Source: Vitrella brassicaformis CCMP3155 (Eukaryota; Protista; Chromerida). Taken from it: 64,000 bases of DNA. Each line of letters begins with the position of its first letter. Position 1 is the stretch's first letter. Of the stretch, positions 21,500-34,600 are shown one piece after another. Under the pieces are notes generated by a model, which did no database searches, was not told where the DNA came from, and worked only from the letters and a program-made list of their open reading frames with translations. The stretch is taken from assembly GCA_001179505.1 (NCBI GenBank), contig CDMY01000982.1, positions 62,001-126,000 of the forward strand, read 5' to 3'. The position numbers and the translations under genes are program-made.

Positions 21500-24400
21500 T
21501 TAGACACTCTCTATCGACTGAATCGACTGCTTTCGATCCATCCCACCACCATCACCATCACCACCAGCGCCAGCAGCACTTCCAGGCCCACTGCCCGATG
21601 GCGTGAACGTGTTCAACGCTGCCGGATCCTCCTCAGCAGCCGCCGCTGCAGCAGCTGCAGCTGCAGCGCTCTCCTTGCGCCTCCTCTCCGCCCGCTCCTG
21701 TGCCCTCTTGGCTGCCTTCTCGGCCTCCCTGACCTTCCTCTTTTCTGCCTCCTCCTTCTCGCGTTTCTTGCGCTCAGCCATGGCCACCTTGCGATGCGCG
21801 CGGAAGTCTCGGAGCATGCGTGGGAGCCTGTCTGTCTCGCGGTAGGGCAGCTTGAGAGCGCCATCGATCCACGAATCATCGAGAGCGTCGTCCTCTTCCT
21901 CTTGTTCATTGACGCCCTCCCCCTCCCTCTCCCTATCCCACCCCCTCTTGGCGTGCGGGTGTGGGTGGTAGGAATCGTCCTCAGGCTCGCCCCACAGCAT
22001 ATGGTGGTCGTCGGCCTCGTATCCCTCGTCCTCATCCTCGTCATAGTCGTCCATCGGCATGTCCTCATCGGCCGTCACGTGACGTGATGATGACCCAGAG
22101 GCAGACGAAGATGGGCGCGGGGGATGAGAGGGTCCCTCCTCGTCTCCTTCCTCCTCCTCGAGACTGTCAGGCATCGACTCGTCATGCTCGTCGCTGGAAT
22201 CGTCGTCATCGGAGAACTCTGCGGCCTCGTCGAGCTCCTCGAATGGCTCCTCCTGGTCGAGAGGGGAAGGGGAGGATGAGCTGTCGTCGCCATCGGACGA
22301 CCAACCATCATCGGAATCGCCGACACTCATCCTGACACACACCCACACACACAAGGAGAGAGAGAGAGAGAGAGAGAGTGGTGCAAGCTGTGTGTGATGA
22401 CGTGGGGGAAGAGGCGGCGCTCACCGTCTCTGTTCCAGGGCTTGCTGGCGCATCTCTTCCTCTCTGACGAGCTCACGCAGGTACTCCACGTCCTCGTCTG
22501 TCCTCAGATACCTCGCCAAACCAGTCCGGTCCACCATCCTGCCCTCGCCCATGCGCCCCTCCCCCTGGTCGACGTCAACATCCATCTCCTGCTCGCCATC
22601 GCCATCCTTGTCACCATCCCCATCTCCATCGGAGGGGCAGAGCTCCCTCGCCTCCTGCAGCTGCCGTGACCACGCCTCCCTGGCGGCGAAGTGGTGGAAT
22701 CCCTCCTCCATGACGGCCTTGGACATCAAATCGAGCTCCTCGTGCTGTCGCCGCAACTCGTCGGTCGAGATGATGGGCAGCAGGGAAGAGTCAGGTGGGA
22801 GCGCTGATGATGCTGACGCGGCCGCAGCAGCAGCTGCTGCGGGGGCGGAAGGTGTGTCAGAGGGAGAGGGTGGGTCGAAGAACGAAGGACGGGGAGGGAG
22901 AGTGGCGGGCTGGGCCTGATGAACGGATGGAACACATTAGCACGCGTGACGTCTCCCTCTCACAGCGTGTCCATATGGCGTATGTGATTGTCTCACCTTG
23001 TCAGCCTTCTTGACGGCGAATGCGATCCGCGGCCGCTCAGCCGGCAAAGAGCCATCCATGACCTCCTCTCTACCAACGCCCTCGCCCCCCTCATCTCGCA
23101 TCATCCCCTCCCCCTCCTCAGCGCCAAGATCGAGCATGGCCGGCGGCAGCTGCAGGTCGTCATCCTCCGGCAACATGGGTCCCACACCTACACCTAGACC
23201 GTCATCATACTCATCGCCAAAGGGCTCTTCCTCCTCTGCCTCTGCTGCGTCAGCCGCCTCAGCTGCAGCCTGCGCTGCGGCGGCTTCGCGCGCCTCCCTC
23301 TCTCGACGCAGCTTCTCAAAGTCAAGCTGAACGCGCAAAGAGAGACAACAATGCGTGTATGTGTGGGCGACGGGAGGGGCTGGGGGAGGGTACCTACCTT
23401 GTTCTCTAGTTTGTGTGTGGTAGGCCCGTACTCGGCGTATGAGTAGCGAGACTCCGCGAGCTGCCGAGGCAGCAGCAGCCATCACACACATGCTCTCTCA
23501 TGGATCGATCAAGAGTGCATCGCTCCCTCACCCGGCGTTTCGACTGCCGCTGCTGTGGCTGCGGGGGTGCCGCCGCCATCGCGTCAGCCCCACTCGCCCG
23601 CACACGCAGCACACGAACACCGCCCACCGCCCGCACAGCAGGCGCCCCAGTAGCGGCAGCCGCAGCGGCAGCGCCGCCCTTGTCTTTCTTGCCGTCTCTT
23701 TTTTTCTTTTTGGCGACAATGACGCCCTTCCTGGGCTTCTCGGGAAGCGACGGCACGCGGAACACGCCCGAGGGGTCGTGGGTGGGCGGAGGGAGGGAGC
23801 CATTAGCTGCTGCTGCTGCTGCTGGGGGTGATGGCGAGGGAGAGGCGGAGGGGGCAGGTGCGGGGGGAATGGGGGCGGCAGCAGCAGCCGCAGGAGGGAG
23901 CTGGTCGACATCCATCATGGCGGCGGCTGCTGCTGCTGCCTGTGTCTGCGGCTCCTGCTTGGGACTCGGCGACGCCTCGTCTTCACCAAAGAGCTTAGCC
24001 ACATCCACCGGACCACCATCAGCAGCGGCATGACCGTTCAACAACGGGGCACCACCAGCACCAGCTGCAGCTGCAGGAGCGACCTTCTCATCGACGAGAC
24101 CCGACTCGACTAGAGGGAGTGACGGGGGGTTGGTGGGCGCCTGGATGCCCTCACCCTCCACCCTGTCGCCAGCCCCGTCGACCCGCTGCTTCTTAGCATC
24201 GACCGATGCTGACGCTGCCGCTGCTGCTGGTGGCTCAGGGTCCTTAGAAGGCCTCTTTCGCTTCCTCTGGAGTGCCTTGGGACGCGCCTGGGCTGCTGCT
24301 GGCTGACGGCCGGTGAGCTCCAACAACGCACGGTCGGCTGACACGGACAAACACACACAGGGATGGGGGGATGTACACACAGGGATGGGGGGATGAGAGA

Positions 24401-26797
24401 GGGGAGGGCTTTGTGTGTATGAATGTGTGTGTGTTACTCTGTCCGTATTGGGCGTCCATTTCTGAAAGGGGCGTGTCGGCAGGGGCAGAGGGGGACGGTG
24501 CGGCCGCCGCTGCTGCAGCAGCTGGTGCTGCTGGTGATGGCTGCGGTGGCTCGGCCCGTTTTTTCTTGAGCTCGTCGATGTACCGGGTGAAATCCGCCTG
24601 GATCTTCTTGCCCTGCGCCCGCCTGCACGCACACACATACGCCCACACATTCACACCGATCTGTCAATTGCTCGCGTGTACCTACCATGCTTTGTCCCAT
24701 CGTGTTTGGACCTCCTTGACGCCCGGGATGACGCCCGGGAAGCCCTTGGAGCTCTTGTTGAACTTCATGCAGTTGATGAACACCTATCAGACGTATGTGA
24801 AGACCATGCCCATGCACGCCATGCAAGGGGCACGCAGGCAGGCAGGCATGACTGACTGACGTGACGTCACGCACTTTGTCGACGTCGCTCTTGAAATCGC
24901 CCGGCACTTGATAGGGGTCGGGCAAGGCGCGCAGCCGCGAACCGCTCAGGAAGTCCTCCTCATACCCACACAGACGTTGCTGCAATGCCGACCACAACAC
25001 ACACACACAAGATGAAATGTGCGTGAGCGGGGGAAGGTGGAAGTGGTGCAAGGGCGTACCCGGATGGTTCTGAAGTCTGCCTGTTGGTGTGGGGGTACGA
25101 CCTTTGAGTATTCGTTGTAGTCGAGTCCGTTGACGAGCTGCACGGGGTAGTGGAACAGATGCGAGTTGCCGCAGAACCACAAGTCCTTCAGAATCTGAAC
25201 AAACAAAGACCCAAGACCCATGCATCCATCGGCCCCGTTCTCCCCTCTCTCTGTGCAAGGACGGATGGATGGATGGCATATATCTGTTACGTACGTGAAG
25301 GCATTTCCTTCTCCACTCCTCGAGAAGCGGCTCCACCTGGCCCTCCACAATCCACCAGCTGTACGGCTGGCTCCTACATCAAACACACCAATCAACATTA
25401 ACGACCCATCCCATCTTGTCCACATACTGTATGCATGCTTCCGTCTCCATCCCTGTTGTCCCAGCTCACTCACCAGATGGAGTCAAACTCAGCGTCCAAT
25501 GCGACCTTGCCCCGGCTCTCCAAATCAAAATACTCCACAGGTATAGACAACTTGTCCTTGGCACGGTGCAGCCGCCTCGCATGTGTCAAGGGGCTGGGGG
25601 GCGGCCGCCACGCCGGCAGCTGACCCTCTGATGCAGCCACAGACGGGGAGGCATCCATCTCCCTCTCACGAGTGGTGGCGGCCCGTCTGGGCGGTGAGCG
25701 GCCGCCCTTCCCGCCCTTGCCCGCGCCGCCCTTGCCCTTCCCCCTGTTGTTGTTGGCACGGCTGCTCGCGCCTGCACCACCAGCAGCAGGGCTGGCATCC
25801 GACAGCTCGGCCGCTGCGGCGGCCTTGGCGGCCGCCGCCAGCCTCATAGACACATCGGGCCGCATCGCCCCGTTCTCAGCGGCTGACTGGGCGCGCCGGG
25901 CGGCGCTGCTCGCGTGACCGTTCTGCTGCCGGTGCTTGGACGGGGGGGACCTCTCCTTGTCCCTCTCGGTGCGCGTGAGGCGCTTGAGGGGCCGGTTGTC
26001 GTCCTCGTCTGACTCTTCCTCCTCCATGGGGTGGTCGTCAGGGGCCGTGCCGTTGGGCTGCTGGCCGTTGCTGCGAGCCTTGCTCCGGCCGAGGGAACTC
26101 GTGCTGGTCGCTGCGCGTTTCGGGGCGGCTCGGGAGCCATCGAGATTGCGCTGCATGAAAAGGAGAGCCACGCATGGTGTGGGTGGAGAGAGGCGGCTGT
26201 GGGGAGGGATTACCCTGTGGGGAGGGATTACCCGTTCGTTGGCCTCCTTGAGTTGTGCTTTGAAGCCGGCTTTGTACTTGGCGGCTAGTGTGTGGAAGCG
26301 GTTGTTGAACTCCTGCTCGGCCTTGGCGCACCAGTCGATGATGTACTTGGACGCTTCGTTAGTGTTGAACCTGAAACATACGAGCTTGTGTGTGTGTATC
26401 GTGGCTGTCTGTTTGTGTGCATGGCTGGATCTGCTCACTGCCTGCAGTTGCTGAACATGAGGTCGAAGTCCTCCTTGACATCCTGAAACGTGCGGTAGTC
26501 ACTACGGTTGATCTTATTCTGACACACACAGGCAGTCACACAGTCAGTCACACACACAGACAACACACACGCATGCCTCTCTCTGTGCGGTTCCCATTCC
26601 CCGCTCTCTGCCCTCACGTTGATCTCCTTGAGCCACATGGGCCGCTTGATCATATCGTAGTACCCCGGCACCTCATCCGACACCCTCTCCTGGAAGAGCT
26701 GCCAGTGCTCGCCGCGCAGCCCCGTCAGGAGTTTGCCCAGCTCACGGGCGCACACCTTGGTCACCTCCAACGACCGGAAGTCCACCTCCGACCCCAT
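21500..26797 (-). CDS. Double-bromodomain protein with long acidic/low-complexity C-terminus
   Basis: BD1: WQLFQERVSDEVPGYYDMIKRPMWLKEI..YRTFQDVKEDFDLMFSNCRQ|FN. BD2 (divergent): ILKDLWFCGNSHLFHYPVQLVNGLDYNEYSK..PGDFKSDVDKVFINCMKFN. Ends ...SIQSIESV* (21500). An in-frame TAG upstream supports the ATG at 26797. Confidence 0.85.
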
Positions 26798-27076
26798 GAC
26801 GGCCTCACGCCGCCCGAAGGCCGAGGGAAGCCCTGCCTACGGCCACTCGACGATTACCGTATTCCTGGGAGATTTAAATAGGGGACGATGCAGTCGGGCC
26901 GATGTCAGGGAGAGGCGCGGGAGCCGCGCGAAGGCGTCGGAAAGGAAAATGGCTGCATCTCGACGACCCGGAAATGCGAGCTTAGCGGCAGGAGAGAGGT
27001 AGGAAACATCAAGACGGTAGTCGGGAGAGGAGCTGGTGTCCTGTGTTGATCTCATTGGCCGTTCATCGATGCATCC
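26798..27076. promoter_or_regulatory. Putative bidirectional promoter (bromodomain gene / BMT5-like gene)
   Basis: Divergent starts ~280 bp apart; TGCGAGCTTAG at 26975-26985. Confidence 0.5.
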
Positions 27077-28635
27077 ATGTCTGGCGTGAGATCTGTGGTG
27101 CGCCGCATGAGGTCGGTGAAGGCTCCGCAACGACGCCCCGGCAGCCCTCTGCACATGTACAAGAGGGTGCCGATGATGGTACGGAGAGAGCGAGAGAGCG
27201 ATGCACAGATATATGGATGGGTCTGTGTGAGTGCTTTTGTTTGTGGCTGCATGGTTGCAGAATAAGCTGGAGTCGACTGCAGACAGCTTTGTGGCCGACG
27301 TGCAGTACAGGAGAGACCACAAGACGCTGTTCCTCGGGTGAGTGCATGCCCTCATCCATCCATCCATCCGCAGCACTCATTCGTGTGTGGGTGTGTGTCC
27401 GTCTGTCTGTCTGTGTTGGTGTGCAGAGATAAGAACATCACCTTTGCCGTCGGTGAGTGAGCAGCCGACTGCTGCATGACAGGCTGGTGTCACCTCGTTT
27501 CGCTGCGCCTGTGTGCTCCATGCAGCACTGATGCGCGCATTGCCCAGCGTGAAGCTCGTCGTCGGCAGTGAGCAGGGGAGAGAGAGACCCAGCCGCCCCT
27601 CACACACACTGCTTTGTGTGTGTGTGGTACGTTGATTAGTGAGCTGTCCGGCTGACAAGGTGGATGGGGGTGGTGTGGAGTGTCTGGAGGGTGGGGGTGC
27701 GGTGGTGCTGACGTCGGTCGACCACCTGAGGCTGCAGAACCACTTCAGGTCGCTCGATCGGGTCATGCTCAACTTCCCACTCGCTCGGTCGGCCGGGCGG
27801 TCGGCACACACACAGCGTTCATTCATCCATTCATCTGTGTCGTGTTTCTATGCATGTGCAGCGATGTTGAGCCGCCGGCTCACTTGCACGAGGAGGGCAA
27901 GCAGCTACCCATGAACCTCAACTACCGAGTGAGCAACAGACACACACACACACACACACAAAGAGGATTCCCGCATCGACATCTCGGCCTGTCTGTCTGT
28001 GTGTATCATCAGTTGAGGTTATGGCTGCCTCAGTTCTTCAGGCAGGCCGCCACGGTGCTCAAGGGCGGCGGGGAGCTCCACCTGCGGCTGTCGGAGAAAA
28101 ACATCGACCACTGGTGGCTGTCCGACGACCAACACACCGCTGGACTCCAGGCACGCTCACACACGCGCGCTCGCGCAAACACTGTCACCCACCGCAGACG
28201 GCATCTCTCCCGCTCTGTCTGTGTGCGTGTCAGCTCCGTGACCGTGTGGACTTCGGTCCTGCGTTGCCGGTCTACGAGGAGCATGGCTACGAGAGCCGGG
28301 GGGAGCCACGCCGCAAACTATCCACACTTGTGTATGTCAAATCAGCACCAAGCACCACCACCACCAGCACCACCAGCAGCAGCGAAGCCAGAGACAAGGC
28401 AGCACGAGAGAGTCCACTACGAACCCGAAAGAAAGGTGACTCGTTTGATGCATATGCCGGTGCTGCTGATAGTCATGGTGGTGGTGGGGTGCGGGGGAGA
28501 GGGCGAGGCAAACCATATGGTGCAGGCAGGGGCAGGGCAGAGAGGGGAGAGAAAGAGGGTGAGAGTGAGAGAGAATCTGACGGGCGGCCAACGCGAGGTC
28601 GGCGGAGAAAGAGGACGCTTGCCATGAGTGAATAG
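27077..28635 (+). CDS. BMT5/DUF2431-like SAM-dependent rRNA methyltransferase domain protein with RG-rich tail
   Basis: Spliced TLFLGDKNITFAVALMRAL...CLEGGGAVVLTSVDHLRLQNHFRSLDRVMLNFP...FFRQAATVLKGGGELHLRL follows the DUF2431 pattern LLVGEGxFSF..GA.V..GVDA..FDRIxFNFP, but is divergent. Confidence 0.6.
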
Positions 28636-29017
28636 ATGAAGTGTATAATGAAGTGTGGGTGCTTTCCATGCCCTGACAGGCAGACAGATAGATGCATCCG
28701 ATCACAGTCAACTCACGCAGATTGATTGAAACGTCTTCATGAAAGCATGAATGTTTGTAGTGTCGCCACGACGTGGATGCGCTCAGTCGCATCACAACTC
28801 ACACACGGACCATCCATCCATCCATCCACCACAGGCATGCAACCACCACCACCACCACATACACACCCCTAACACACACGTCCGCCAAGCGTATGAGACG
28901 GCAGCCCGCCTTGTCGCAAAACAGGAGGGCCGCCATACACAAACGCATGACTGCACGGGCATATATGGCGGTGTGCTGTGGGCGAGTGAGTGCCAGCCAC
29001 AGTGTCAGTCAGGGTGT

Positions 29018-30314
29018 TTAGCCCTTCTTCTTCTTCTCCAGCTTGCGGCGATAGAAGGCCAACTCGTCACCCTGATCGGTGACCCACACGACATCAATGA
29101 GCACAGCACATGCGTCGCTCTCTCTGTGTGTGACGAACCTCGAGGACGTATCCGTCGGCGCGTCCGCACTGGCCGGGCCGGGATGCGATGCAGGCCAGCA
29201 GACGGCCACTCGCGAACTCGTCCTCCAGCAACGGGTCCTTGCTCTCCTTCTGCACACAGACACACACATAGAGATAGAGGGTGAGGGCGTGTGAGTGTGT
29301 CTTAGTGGTTTCTGTTCTGACCTTCTCGCCGGGTTTGTTGTCGTGCAGTGATGACTGCCTGTTTTTGAGCTTGGCGATGACGTGGCCGCTCTTCTTGGCC
29401 TCCTCACCCTCCTCGTCAGCCTGACAGGTGGATCGATCGGCACACAGACACAGTTGACAGACCGGATGGCTGGGTGTCTGTAGTGTGTGTGTGTGTGTGT
29501 GGGTCACGTCACTCACGTCCTGTCCGCCCTTCTTGGGTCCCTTCTTCTTGCCGATGTCCACACCGTAGTGCTTCAGGAACCTGCACACAACGCAACATTA
29601 CAACATGGAACAGGAAATACACGTCAGCCACGCCCCGCGTGTGCTGACGTGTGTGTGCCCATTGGCTGACCATGTCTTGAATGGTGTCGCGTCGATGACG
29701 ACGATGGTGTTCTTGACGAGCGTCTTGGTGCGGACCATCTCGTTGGACACGGGGTTGTACACCACATCCAAAATACGGCACTTCCGGCTGATGTCTGAAC
29801 ACACAACAGATGACAGCCGCATGGCCGGCCAATGAGCAGCACGGGTGCATCGTGCAATCGTACTCTCGCTGCCCCAGCTGAAGTTGCCGGTCTCAAGACG
29901 CAACGCGCGGTACTTGATGTTTCCTGGACACACACACACACGGACGCACACGCACCCCACACACAGGCATTCGTCTCCTCGGCCGGCTGGCGCGCGTCTG
30001 TGTGGCTGTGGTGTGGTGTCGCCCTGGTCTGGTCAGGTTGACGTACCTCCCCTGCATCTGACGACTCTGAGTCGTTTGGTTCCCAGTTTGGTCATGGCGG
30101 GGGGACGGCCCAGCTCGAACTTGCGCTTCTTCTGGTGGATCGGCATCCGACCACCAGTGGCACGATGCTGAGAGAAGGAGGGCACACCCACAAAGGCACA
30201 AGACAGACAGACATAGATGAAGCGAGCACCGTCACGATGGGCGATCAGCCACCATTGACGTGCGTGTGTGGGTGTGTGACCTACCTTGTGCCGGGAGTTG
30301 CGTGAGATCCCCAT
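29018..30314 (-). CDS. RPS8: 40S ribosomal protein S8 (eS8)
   Basis: [10 protein letters not shown]|[28 protein letters not shown]|[64 protein letters not shown]|[17 protein letters not shown]. Confidence 0.98.
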
Positions 30315-30664
30315 CCTGGCGGACCACCTGACACACACCACACAGGCGGCACCAAAGACAGGCGAACAGGCGATGTAGGGACAGATCTGCGGGTGTGGCG
30401 ATGCCACCCTGCCTGCGGTGCCTGTCCTGCATTCCCTTACCGTTCGGTGCCGACGGAAGCTCCTCCAACTTTGCGAGCTACTCTGCTAAGCTCGCAGAAA
30501 TGCGAGCTTTTTTTCTCGACGAGGGAGACGGAGACGCAAATAAAAAAAAACCTCACGTCTTTCTTCTTATTCCGCCATCTCCTCCTCCGTTTCTCACCAA
30601 TCGCCTGCTCTCCCCACTCCCTCCCTCGCCATCATGTGCGGTGTGTGCGGCGAAGTGCAGCAGG
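30315..30664. promoter_or_regulatory. Divergent promoter region of RPS8 with three TGCGAGCT copies
   Basis: TGCGAGCT at 30472, its reverse complement AGCTCGCA at 30489, and TGCGAGCT at 30501; AGATCT at 30383. Confidence 0.55.
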
Positions 30665-31294
30665 ATGTGCGACGGCCGACCTTGGGAGGCCAGTGAGCGC
30701 GCAGGCCGGCCACTCGCCGGCCGGGCGAGCAGCTCTCTGCCGACAGACCGCACCCAGGTCAGTACCGCGTGGCATGTCTGTCTCTATTTTGTTCGCTGCT
30801 GCCGCAGCATTCCTGCAGCCTGCCATCTTGCTGGAGACCTACGCCCAAGCCAAGAAGGAAGAAGCGGCACAAAAGAGGAGAGAAAATTCTGAGTATGTGG
30901 GCCACCCTTAGTTTTTGTGTTGTTTTGGGGGTGTGTGAATGTGTGCACAGCGACGGCGATGACTCCGACGAGTCAGAAGAAGGGGAAGTCGTCAGCCGCG
31001 TTCCATCAGGGGGTACGTCTGCACGGCCACAGGTGGAATCGTGCGCGTAATGTAGACGTCTCTCTCCGTCTCTCTCTCTCTCTGCGTGTGTGTGTGTGTG
31101 TGTGTCACGTGCAGCCTGCTCAGCCTCCTGCAGCAGCAGCAGCAGCTGCTGCTGCCGCCGCTGGTGGTGGTGGTGATGATGGTCGTCGGCCGCTGAGGAG
31201 GAGGGCGTCGACCCACGAGGAGGGAGGACACTCACTGCGCAGAAAGCAGGACAAGCAGGACAAGCAGGGCAAGCGAAAAGACGGAGGCAAGTGA
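30665..31294 (+). CDS. Small low-complexity acidic/Ala-rich/basic protein, 4 exons; start uncertain
   Basis: In-frame GT-AG splicing gives MCDGRPW..DRTQ|PAILLETYAQAKKEEAAQKRRENS|DDGDDSDESEEGE..ARPQ|PAQPPAAAA..GKRKDGGK*. No recognisable domain. Confidence 0.5.
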
Positions 31295-31684
31295 CGACGA
31301 GTGCGGGATGGTGTGGATGGGCGGGCGGGGTGCGTGTCGGTCGGTGCACACATGCTGCTGCGTGTCTCTTTCATCCAGTGTACGTGTATGGTGAAATGTG
31401 AGTTTTGTGAGGGCGAGAGGGGGAGAGGGGAAGAGAGACAGGGAGGGAGGGAGGGAGGGAGGGAAGTAGGGAGATACACAGATCGGAAGGCGTGTCCGCC
31501 CCCTACCACCTGAGCAACACAATGGATGCATTCTGCCCGATGCTCACGTCTCCTCTTCTCGGCTTTCGGCAAACTGCTTTTTCCGGGGCGGTGCTTTCAA
31601 TCGGTAGGTATGCGGCTGTCTGTGACCGATTTGTGGCGATGGTATGGTGAGGTAGGCCTGGCTGACTTCTCTCTTCTCTCCAGG

Positions 31685-34600
31685 ATGCATTTTTTGTGGG
31701 TGAATCCCTGCGGCGCTGAGGGTTGGTGCTGCGACGACGTCGGCCGCAAAGGCAAACAACCCATGACCGTCAGGGAGTTCCTCGTAAGCGCCTGGTGCGT
31801 GCCCCTGTCCATCCACTGCTGCTGATTTGTTTGTCTGCAGGTGGCCCTGTGCGAGGGCCTCACCATCAAGCCCGCCCGCTGGGCCGCCTACCTTGACGCG
31901 GCTGTCAAGGCCTTCCGTCTGTCTGTCGACGGCCGTGTGCAAGCCCGAGACCTACGTGGTCTCCCAGTGCTGCCACGGGCATGTAAGCGCCGTCATGCAG
32001 GCCATCAAGGACCTCGACGCCGACCAGGCCATCATCGACACCTCGCCAGCCGACGACGGCGTAAGCGTCGAGGACACCTATGTCCGAGATAGGGTCCTCT
32101 CAAAGAAGCCGTAAGAGCGAAAGCACATAACAGACAGACAGACAGAGGGAGGATATAGACGAGTGGAGGCAACGCATGCCTGTGTGCGGTTCGTCTCCTG
32201 TCACAGGCTCAGCAAGGTTTGCACCGCGATCCATCGCCACACCCACGAGGTGTGCATCGTCAAGTCCATGAGAAATCGCGGCAAACCGTGAGCGAGAAGG
32301 AAGATGGCCAGCCTCTCTCCAGATGGATTTCTGTGTTGTTTGTGTGCTGTGCAGTTTGGAGGTAGAGCGCCACCACGCCTACAGGACCCTCCTGCGGCGC
32401 GGCCACCTCAACATCGTCAAGCTCTACGCCGTCAGCATCGACAACACCAACGGCAGGGAGTGGCTCAATGTGGCCATGGAGCGGCTGGACGGCATCTCCC
32501 TCGAGTGCCTCCTCAACCTGCACGACGAGGTCGGGCTGCCGGAGGGCGACGCCAGGAGGGTGATGCGGGAGATCCTGATGGCCATCCAACATCTCCACGC
32601 CCACCGCGTACGCAGGCAATCACAGATACGTGTGAATCGACACAGACAGATACACAACACACGCGCCTGTTTGTCTGTTTTTCTGTCTGCATCTCATTAC
32701 TTCCTGGCAGATCATCCACCGCGACATCAAGGTAGGTCAGTTGTTTCCTTTCTGTCGACATTGGCAGGCTTTTTGTCTGCATTTCTTGTGATGGTCTCTG
32801 TTTTGTTGTCAGCCCGACAACTGCGTGTTCGCCGCCGGCAGCCAGCAGCTGAAGCTGCTGGACTTCGACCTGTGCACGCGGCCGACAGTGGACCTGGGGG
32901 AGGGGGAGTTGCGAGTCGGCACTCGGCCTTACATGGTCGGTGGGTCGGTGGGTGGACGGGTGGGTGGGTGGAACAGTGAGTGCAGTCTCCTATTGATTCC
33001 CCTCATGGTGTGTTGTGCTTCCGCAGGTACCGGAGTGCTTCAAGGATGGCCTCTACAGCACCAAGAGCGATCTGTGGGCGGCTGGGGTCATCCTGTAGGC
33101 GGGGCGGGCAAAGCTCACGGCCTCAGTTGGAACACACAGATGGGTGGGTGGTTGGCTGTATGTATCTCTCTTGGCTTTTTCCTTTCTATGTGTGCATCAG
33201 CTATGCCATGATATACGACGGCTGGCCGACCGACGTCCCCGACGACGCTGAGAACGACGAGGCCTACGACACAATTCAGAAGGTACGCTGCGGATGGATA
33301 GACGGAGGTACATTCCTCTTACGTGAGTGCTACTTAGACTAAGGCATCACTCACGGACGTGTGTGTGCTGCCAACCCCTAGGCGGCGCCCAAAATGTTCA
33401 CAGCGGCTTCACGGGATCTCACTCGACTGCTTCTTGAAGGTGGAGGACGAGGCGGGTGTGCCGGAGGGCGACGCCAAGAGGGTCATGCGGGAGATCCTCA
33501 TGGCCATGCAGCACCTCCACGCCCACCACGTACGCAGTCGCATGCATATCAGTCGACACACCATGCGCACGTTGTTTGTCTGTCCATGCGTTTGTTTGTT
33601 TCTCGCTGTGTGTTGGCAGATTGTCCACCGCGACATCAAGGTGAGCTCTTCCCTCCCTTCTGTCAAATCAGCATCGGCAGGTTTGTCGCCGACATACATT
33701 TGTTGTGGTGGGCTCTGCTTTGTTGTCAGCCGGAGAACCTGGTGTTCGCGACCGGCGACCAGGGGCTCAAGCTGCTCGACTTCGACCAATCTACGCGGCC
33801 GACTGTGGACCTGGGGGAGGGGGACTTCCGAGTCGGCTCACGCCCACATATGGTGAGTGGGTTGGAGGGCCTGCAGTGCAGTGCAGTCCTCTCTTTCATT
33901 GTCCTTGTTGTGCCACGCGCCGGAGTGCTTCAAGAAGGGCGAGTACAGCACCAAGAGCGACCTCTGGGCGGCCGGGGTGATCCTGTAAGCGGCCCGGGCA
34001 ATGCTCATGGCCTCACTTTGAACGCACAGAGATGCATGACTGGATGGCTGTATGTTCTTTCTGGCCTTCTGTCTTTCTTTCTGTGGTGTGTGCATCAGCT
34101 ACGAGATGCTCAATGGAGACTGGCCAGCCGACTTGCCTGACGACGTCGAGAACGACGAGGCGTACGACATTATCAAAAAGGTACGCTGCGCACCGACGGT
34201 TGGCCACTTGTTCGGTCCTCTTATGTGAGCGCTACTTGGATTAACGCACCACTAACAGACGCGCGTGTGTTGTCTATCCATAGGCGTCGACCGAGATGTT
34301 CACCTACGACACCGTTCGGGACGTTAGCCCCGCCGCCATCGACCTGGCCAAGCAGCCGCTCAAAGATGGACCCCTCTGAGCGGCTGTCGTCGGGTCAGCT
34401 CCGTGTCTTATGTGTATGTGTATGTGTGTTTGACTGACGGATGCCCACTCACGTGTGTCTCTCTGTCTGTTTGCGTGCAGCTGAGGCGGCGCTGAGGCAT
34501 CCGTGGTTCACCGCCGAGGAGGGAGAAGGTGCGTATACACACCAGTGTCTTTTTTTCAATCAAAAACACATCCGTGCGTGTGTGTGTGTGTGTGTGTGTA

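Noticed and set aside
29020-30330. Intron-encoded snoRNAs in RPS8
   Set aside because: Introns are short and I found no C box (RTGATGA) / D box pair or H/ACA structure.
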